The translations under genes were made by a program, and so were the position numbers. Source: an uncultured Rhodospirillaceae bacterium (lineage in GTDB: Bacteria; Pseudomonadota; Alphaproteobacteria; UBA828). Taken from it: 64,000 nt of DNA. The number at the start of each line of letters is the position of its first letter. The first letter of the stretch is position 1. Positions 59,939-64,000 of the stretch are shown piece by piece. Location: NCBI GenBank assembly GCA_963997635.1, contig CAXEND010000002.1, positions 52,848 to 116,847 on the forward strand, written 5' to 3'. Under the pieces are notes generated by a model. The model ran no database searches and was not told the DNA's origin. It saw nothing but the letters and a program-made list of their open reading frames with translations.

Positions 59939-60192
59939 GAATACTATATTTTGCCTGGATAAGAGAGAGAGTTGGTTGTGAAAGTGAAGAAATTACACTG
60001 CCTCAAAATGTCAGTACAGTTCAAGATCTCATAAACTGGCTTTCAAACCAAGGATCAGGCTATCAAACGGCATTCGGTGACTTAAAAATCGTTAGGGTAG
60101 CAGTAAACATGGAATTTTCAGATTTTGATCACTGTATTAACAATGAAGATGAAGTGGCATTTTTTCCACCAGTTACAGGTGGAGGTATTTAG
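59935..60192 (+). CDS. moaD: Molybdopterin synthase sulfur-carrier subunit MoaD (C-terminus GGGI)
   Basis: 85 aa ubiquitin-like protein, MRILYFAWIRERVG...EVAFFPPVTGGGI. Overlaps the moeA stop (ATGA) and is followed by moaE. Confidence 0.85.
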   Translation: MRILYFAWIRERVGCESEEITLPQNVSTVQDLINWLSNQGSGYQTAFGDLKIVRVAVNMEFSDFDHCINNEDEVAFFPPVTGGGI

Positions 60193-60202
60193 GAGAAACT
60201 TT

Positions 60203-60685
60203 TTGATTAGGGTACAATTAGAGGACTTCGATCCAGGAATTGAAATAGATAATTTATCAGCCGATAATTATCATATTGGCGGTATTTCGTCTTTCGTTGG
60301 TTTAGTTAGGGATATGTATAATGATCATAAGTTGATTTCTATGACACTTGAGCATTATCCAAAAATGACTGAAAAAATGCTGGAAGAAATACAATCTGAA
60401 GCTTTCAAACGTTGGTCTCTAGAAGGGTGCTTGATCATTCATAGGTATGGGCAACTAAATCCGGGTGAGAAGATAGTAATGGTTGCAACAGCAAGTTTAC
60501 ACAGACAGGATTCTTTAGAATCCTGTGCCTTCCTAATCGATTGGCTGAAAACTAAAGCCCCATTTTGGAAACTAGAGCACTCAACAGAATGCGACAATGG
60601 GAAATGGGTAGAGGCTAAAGAAGACGATAACATTGCAACAAGAAAATGGGACAAAATTATACCTAATAAAGCAAGAGATATATAA
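60203..60685 (+). CDS. moaE: Molybdopterin synthase catalytic subunit MoaE
   Basis: GGISSFVGLVRD...LEHYPKM...IIHRYGQLNPGEKIVMVATASLHR...APFWK. TTG at 60203 is preceded by AGGAGA (60191-60196). The track start at 60125 would overlap moaD by 68 nt. Confidence 0.85.
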   Translation: MIRVQLEDFDPGIEIDNLSADNYHIGGISSFVGLVRDMYNDHKLISMTLEHYPKMTEKMLEEIQSEAFKRWSLEGCLIIHRYGQLNPGEKIVMVATASLHRQDSLESCAFLIDWLKTKAPFWKLEHSTECDNGKWVEAKEDDNIATRKWDKIIPNKARDI

Positions 60686-60693
60686 AAAATATT

Positions 60694-61572
60694 TTATTTT
60701 CCTCTAACCTCTTCATCATAATCTTGGATCAATTGACGGGTTATTGTTCCCACCCCAAAATTTAGATCATCAATTTGACCTACAGGAGTTACCTCTGCAG
60801 CAGTACCTGTCAAAAACACCTCATCTGCCGTTTTTAAGTGGTTTGGATATATAACACTCTCAACCACCTCATACCCACGTTTTCTAGCTAACTCCATAAC
60901 AGTTCTTCTAGTTATACCATCCAAAAAACAATCTGGAATTGGAGTATGAATAACACCGTCTTGTACTATAAATATATTTGCACCAGTTGCCTCAGCGATT
61001 TGTCCTCTCCAATCTAACATTAGTGCATCATGGTAGCCCTCAGCTTCTGCTTCATGTTTAGAAAGTGTACAGATCATATATAAACCAGCTGCCTTAGCTT
61101 TAACTGGTGCAGTATTAGGATCAGGCCGCCTCCAACGGGATGTTTTTAATTTTATTCCTTTTTGTCTTGCTAGCTCTCCGAAATAAGCTGGCCATGGCCA
61201 TGCAGCTATTGCAACATGTATCCTAGTTTCTTGAGCTGAAACACCCATTTGCTCGGGGCCTCGCCAAGCAACTGGCCTAACATAGCCATCATCAATATCT
61301 TCAGCAATTACAACTTCTTTAGTGGCTCTGTTAATTTCTTCAATAGTGTAGGGGATTTCAAAACCAAGTTCTGCAGCAGATTCACATAACCTAGAACTGT
61401 GTTCACTAAGTTTATAAACCTGTCCTGAATAGACACGCTCTCCTTCAAATACACAACTAGCATAGTGCAGTGCATGACTTAAAACATGAAGTCGAGCGTC
61501 TCGCCATGGAATCAACCCTCCATTAAACCAGATTTGTCCATCACGATCATCATAAGGTACAAGTTCTGTCAT
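60694..61572 (-). CDS. ilvE: Branched-chain-amino-acid aminotransferase (fold type IV)
   Basis: HALHYASCVFEGERVY, PLP-Lys region KAKAAGLYM, and GITR..V. The ATG at 61572 (MTELVPYDDRDG) is preferred over TTG 61587. Confidence 0.9.
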   Translation of the reverse strand: MTELVPYDDRDGQIWFNGGLIPWRDARLHVLSHALHYASCVFEGERVYSGQVYKLSEHSSRLCESAAELGFEIPYTIEEINRATKEVVIAEDIDDGYVRPVAWRGPEQMGVSAQETRIHVAIAAWPWPAYFGELARQKGIKLKTSRWRRPDPNTAPVKAKAAGLYMICTLSKHEAEAEGYHDALMLDWRGQIAEATGANIFIVQDGVIHTPIPDCFLDGITRRTVMELARKRGYEVVESVIYPNHLKTADEVFLTGTAAEVTPVGQIDDLNFGVGTITRQLIQDYDEEVRGK

Positions 61573-61661
61573 AGATTTTCCATTCAATTTGATCCAATCA
61601 GAAACACATTAATTAAAAAAAGGGGTTGCATCCACTAGCATCGCACGGCATATCAGTCAAT

Positions 61662-62144
61662 ATGACTGACGTAAAGAATAATTCTAACCTACTTTTCCTT
61701 CGTGAAGATCAACTTTATGAGGGTATAGAGTTATTATTTTTTGCTTATAGAGACTTTATAGCTGAATGTGATAATATTTTATCAACTCATGGTCTTGGAA
61801 GGGCACATCATCGTGCAATTTACTTTATTGCCAGAAACCCCAATATTTCCATAACAGAGCTTTTGGAAATTTTACGGATTACTAAACAATCCCTATCACG
61901 AGTATTAACTGATTTAGCTGACAAAAAATATATAGTTAATACTCAATGCCAAATTGATAAGCGTCGTCGTATATTAAAAACCACCGATAAAGGACGTGAG
62001 TTAGAAGAAAGTCTAGCTAAATTACACAAAGACAAATTATCTCATACTTATAGGAAAGCTGGGGCAGAGGCAGTTATAGGTTATAGAAATGTTTTACTAG
62101 GTATAATTGATGATAAAGACCACAAGCGCTTTAAAAATAGGTAA
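61662..62144 (+). CDS. MarR-family transcriptional regulator (PetP-like position upstream of the ompR/envZ-like pair)
   Basis: Winged-helix region ISITELLEILRITKQSLSRVLTDLADKKYI...DKRRRILKTTDKGREL. The ATG at 61662 (MTDVKNN) is more likely than the track start at 61626. Confidence 0.8.
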   Translation: MTDVKNNSNLLFLREDQLYEGIELLFFAYRDFIAECDNILSTHGLGRAHHRAIYFIARNPNISITELLEILRITKQSLSRVLTDLADKKYIVNTQCQIDKRRRILKTTDKGRELEESLAKLHKDKLSHTYRKAGAEAVIGYRNVLLGIIDDKDHKRFKNR

Positions 62145-62176
62145 GCCATGGAAGGTGTTTAATTAACAATTTATAT

Positions 62177-62914
62177 ATGAAAAATATTGAAGCAATTAAT
62201 GCCAAGGCAGACGAAATAATAGCTAACCCTCATGTACTAGTAGTAGATGATGATGACCGGTTACGTGATCTTTTAAAAAGATATCTTGGCAATAATGGAT
62301 ACAGAGTCACAACTGCTTGCTCTGCGGCCGAAGCTCGCAAACATCTTACAGGTATGGAATTCGATATAATGATAGTTGACGTGATGATGCCAGGTGAAAG
62401 TGGGACAAGTCTAACTAAATCTCTGAGAATTAATAACAATGTTCCCATCCTGTTGTTAACAGCAATGGCAGAATCAGAAGACAGAATCTTAGGGCTTGAA
62501 AGTGGTGCTGATGATTATTTAACAAAACCATTTGAACCACGAGAGTTACTACTCCGTCTTGCAGGTATATTAAGAAGGGCGGAACAAAGCGTTAAAAAAC
62601 ACCAGATAGAGACTAAGCCTCTACATATCGGAAATTCTTTTTATGACCCAATCAATAATATATTGACAAAATCGGGTTATAAAGTTCGACTAACACGATC
62701 TGAGACAGACTTGCTCAATTTTTTTTCTAGACGTCCAAATGAAATCATTAATCGAGATGAATTATGTAAAAACCTTGGCATTTCTGCTACAGGCCGGGCA
62801 ATTGATGTACATATCACAAGATTAAGAAGAAAAATTGAGCCTAACCCTCATGACCCTAAATATCTAAAAACAATCTGGGGATCTGGTTATATTATGAGAC
62901 CAGATAGAGAATAA
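62177..62914 (+). CDS. OmpR-family response regulator
   Basis: Receiver domain (VVDDDDRLRDLL, DIMIVDVMMPGESG, KPF) plus a winged-helix output domain (LTRSETDLL...IDVHITRLRRKIE...IWGSGY). Confidence 0.92.
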   Translation: MKNIEAINAKADEIIANPHVLVVDDDDRLRDLLKRYLGNNGYRVTTACSAAEARKHLTGMEFDIMIVDVMMPGESGTSLTKSLRINNNVPILLLTAMAESEDRILGLESGADDYLTKPFEPRELLLRLAGILRRAEQSVKKHQIETKPLHIGNSFYDPINNILTKSGYKVRLTRSETDLLNFFSRRPNEIINRDELCKNLGISATGRAIDVHITRLRRKIEPNPHDPKYLKTIWGSGYIMRPDRE

Positions 62915-62915
62915 A

Positions 62916-64000
62916 ATGGCTTGGCTTAAACGTTTTGTACCTAGAGGTCTATTCTGGAGGTCATTACTAATTTTATTAGTCCCATTAGTTCTTTTACAGT
63001 GTGTAGTGGCATACATTTTTTATGAAAGACATTGGGACACAATTAGCAGACGTCTGGCACTCGGTATTGCCGGAGATATAGTATATGTCATGAGAGAGCT
63101 GCAACAAGAAGATAATAATTTAAAAAGAAGATGGATTCTTGAAACTGCCAGAAAAGAAATGCAAATTGATATTAACATGGAAGATGATGCTATTCTTCCA
63201 AATGTCGCTCCAGAATTAAGTTCCAGAATTATTGATAGAGTCTTACACGCAGCAATAGCTGAACGTCTATATTTTCCATTCCATATTGATACTAGGCGCA
63301 CAGATGGCAAACTCTCAATTCGTATACAACTCCAAAACGAAGTAATGAATGTTTTAACTCCAAGAAAAAGACTTGATAGCTCTACTACATATATTTTTGT
63401 ATTATGGATGGTAGGAACTTCACTCATCGTTGCAGCACTCGCAATTCTTTTTCTTCGCAATCAAATTCGTCCAATTCGACGCTTAGCAGATGCAGCTGAT
63501 GCCTTTGGAAAAGGTCAAGACGCTAAAAATTTTAAACCATCTGGAGCCAGGGAAATTCGTCAGGCTGCCAATGCATTTGTAAAAATGCGTGCAAGAATAA
63601 GGCGATATATAGATCAAAGGACAGAAATGTTAGCTGGAGTAAGCCATGATCTACGCACACCACTTACAAGAATGAAATTACAGCTTGCAATGCTAGAAAT
63701 TACGAATAAAGAAGAATCAAGAATCAAGGAAATAAGTGATGATATTGCTGAAATGGAACATATGATAGACGAATATCTATCCTTTGCACGCGGTCAAGAA
63801 GGAGAAGTGCCCGTAGACACTAACCTTAATGATATGCTCCAATTACTTGTGGAAGTAGCTAAAAAAAGTGGGACTAATATAAAATATATTGATGGTGGGC
63901 CGATACTAATACCTATACGTCCTCAAGCAATGAAAAGATGTTTAACAAACTTAATCGAAAACGCTGCACATTTTGGAAATGATGTTAGAATAACCTCCAA
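62916..64000 (+). CDS. EnvZ-like sensor histidine kinase. The N-terminal 361 codons are present and the gene continues past the right edge.
   Basis: Not in the ORF track. My translation from the ATG at 62916 gives MAWLKRFVPRGLFWRSLLILLVPLVLLQCVVAYIFYERHWD... It has two TM segments, a HAMP region (IRPIRRLADAADAFGKG) and the H-box EMLAGVSHDLRTPLTRMKLQ. The ATG lies 1 nt after the regulator's stop. Confidence 0.88.
   Translation, partial: MAWLKRFVPRGLFWRSLLILLVPLVLLQCVVAYIFYERHWDTISRRLALGIAGDIVYVMRELQQEDNNLKRRWILETARKEMQIDINMEDDAILPNVAPELSSRIIDRVLHAAIAERLYFPFHIDTRRTDGKLSIRIQLQNEVMNVLTPRKRLDSSTTYIFVLWMVGTSLIVAALAILFLRNQIRPIRRLADAADAFGKGQDAKNFKPSGAREIRQAANAFVKMRARIRRYIDQRTEMLAGVSHDLRTPLTRMKLQLAMLEITNKEESRIKEISDDIAEMEHMIDEYLSFARGQEGEVPVDTNLNDMLQLLVEVAKKSGTNIKYIDGGPILIPIRPQAMKRCLTNLIENAAHFGNDVRITS

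Noticed and set aside
60125-60202. The upstream extension of the moaE ORF, overlapping moaD by 68 nt.
   Set aside because: The extension (MITVLTMKMKWHFFHQLQVEVFRRNF) has no MoaE similarity. TTG at 60203 has a perfect AGGAGA 6 nt upstream and follows the moaD stop.

Overview
This is a chromosomal segment of a low-GC alphaproteobacterium, roughly 35-42 % GC from hand counts of a few 60-nt lines. The alphaproteobacterial assignment rests on gcrA, an ELM1/DUF1022-type gene, and the rpsF-rpsR-membrane-rplI, dnaB-alr, radA-cvpA-purF, yfgM-bamB-der and uvrC-pgsA-moaDE synteny. The layout is compact: most gaps are under 100 nt, several gene pairs overlap by 1-8 nt, and convergent genes sit 2-17 nt apart. 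I call 62 protein-coding genes. Two are open at the window edges and missing from the ORF track: mltG at 1-807 and an EnvZ-like kinase at 62916-64000. There is one tRNA-Gln(CUG). I saw no rRNA, CRISPR, transposase, integrase or phage genes. Most of the window is housekeeping: the fabD-fabG-acpP-fabF-mltG lipid cluster, ribosomal proteins, dnaB, radA, purF, guaA/guaB, uvrB/uvrC, Moco biosynthesis, fhs/folB and an ompR/envZ-like pair. Four things stand out. (1) 50477-54964 holds a complete six-gene soluble di-iron monooxygenase operon in toluene-4-monooxygenase / isoprene-monooxygenase order (alpha, TmoB-like, Rieske ferredoxin, effector, beta, reductase). It is wedged between fhs and uvrC, is followed by a PRISE-type enone-reductase-like SDR, and has no cognate regulator or canonical downstream pathway in the window. 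(2) 21437-32006 is an accessory-looking block between gcrA and guaA: a lipoprotein hydrolase, a DMT transporter, an orphan N,N-dimethylformamidase large-subunit homologue, a CmcJ-like protein, a VOC protein, an epimerase, an amidase and an IlvD/Edd-family dehydratase. The dehydratase gene alone is about 12-15 GC points richer than everything around it. (3) Two unusually structured noncoding stretches lie at 41022-41162 and 55350-55460. (4) MoaD ends in GGGI rather than GG. All functional calls come from motif and family recognition by eye, since no searches could be run.
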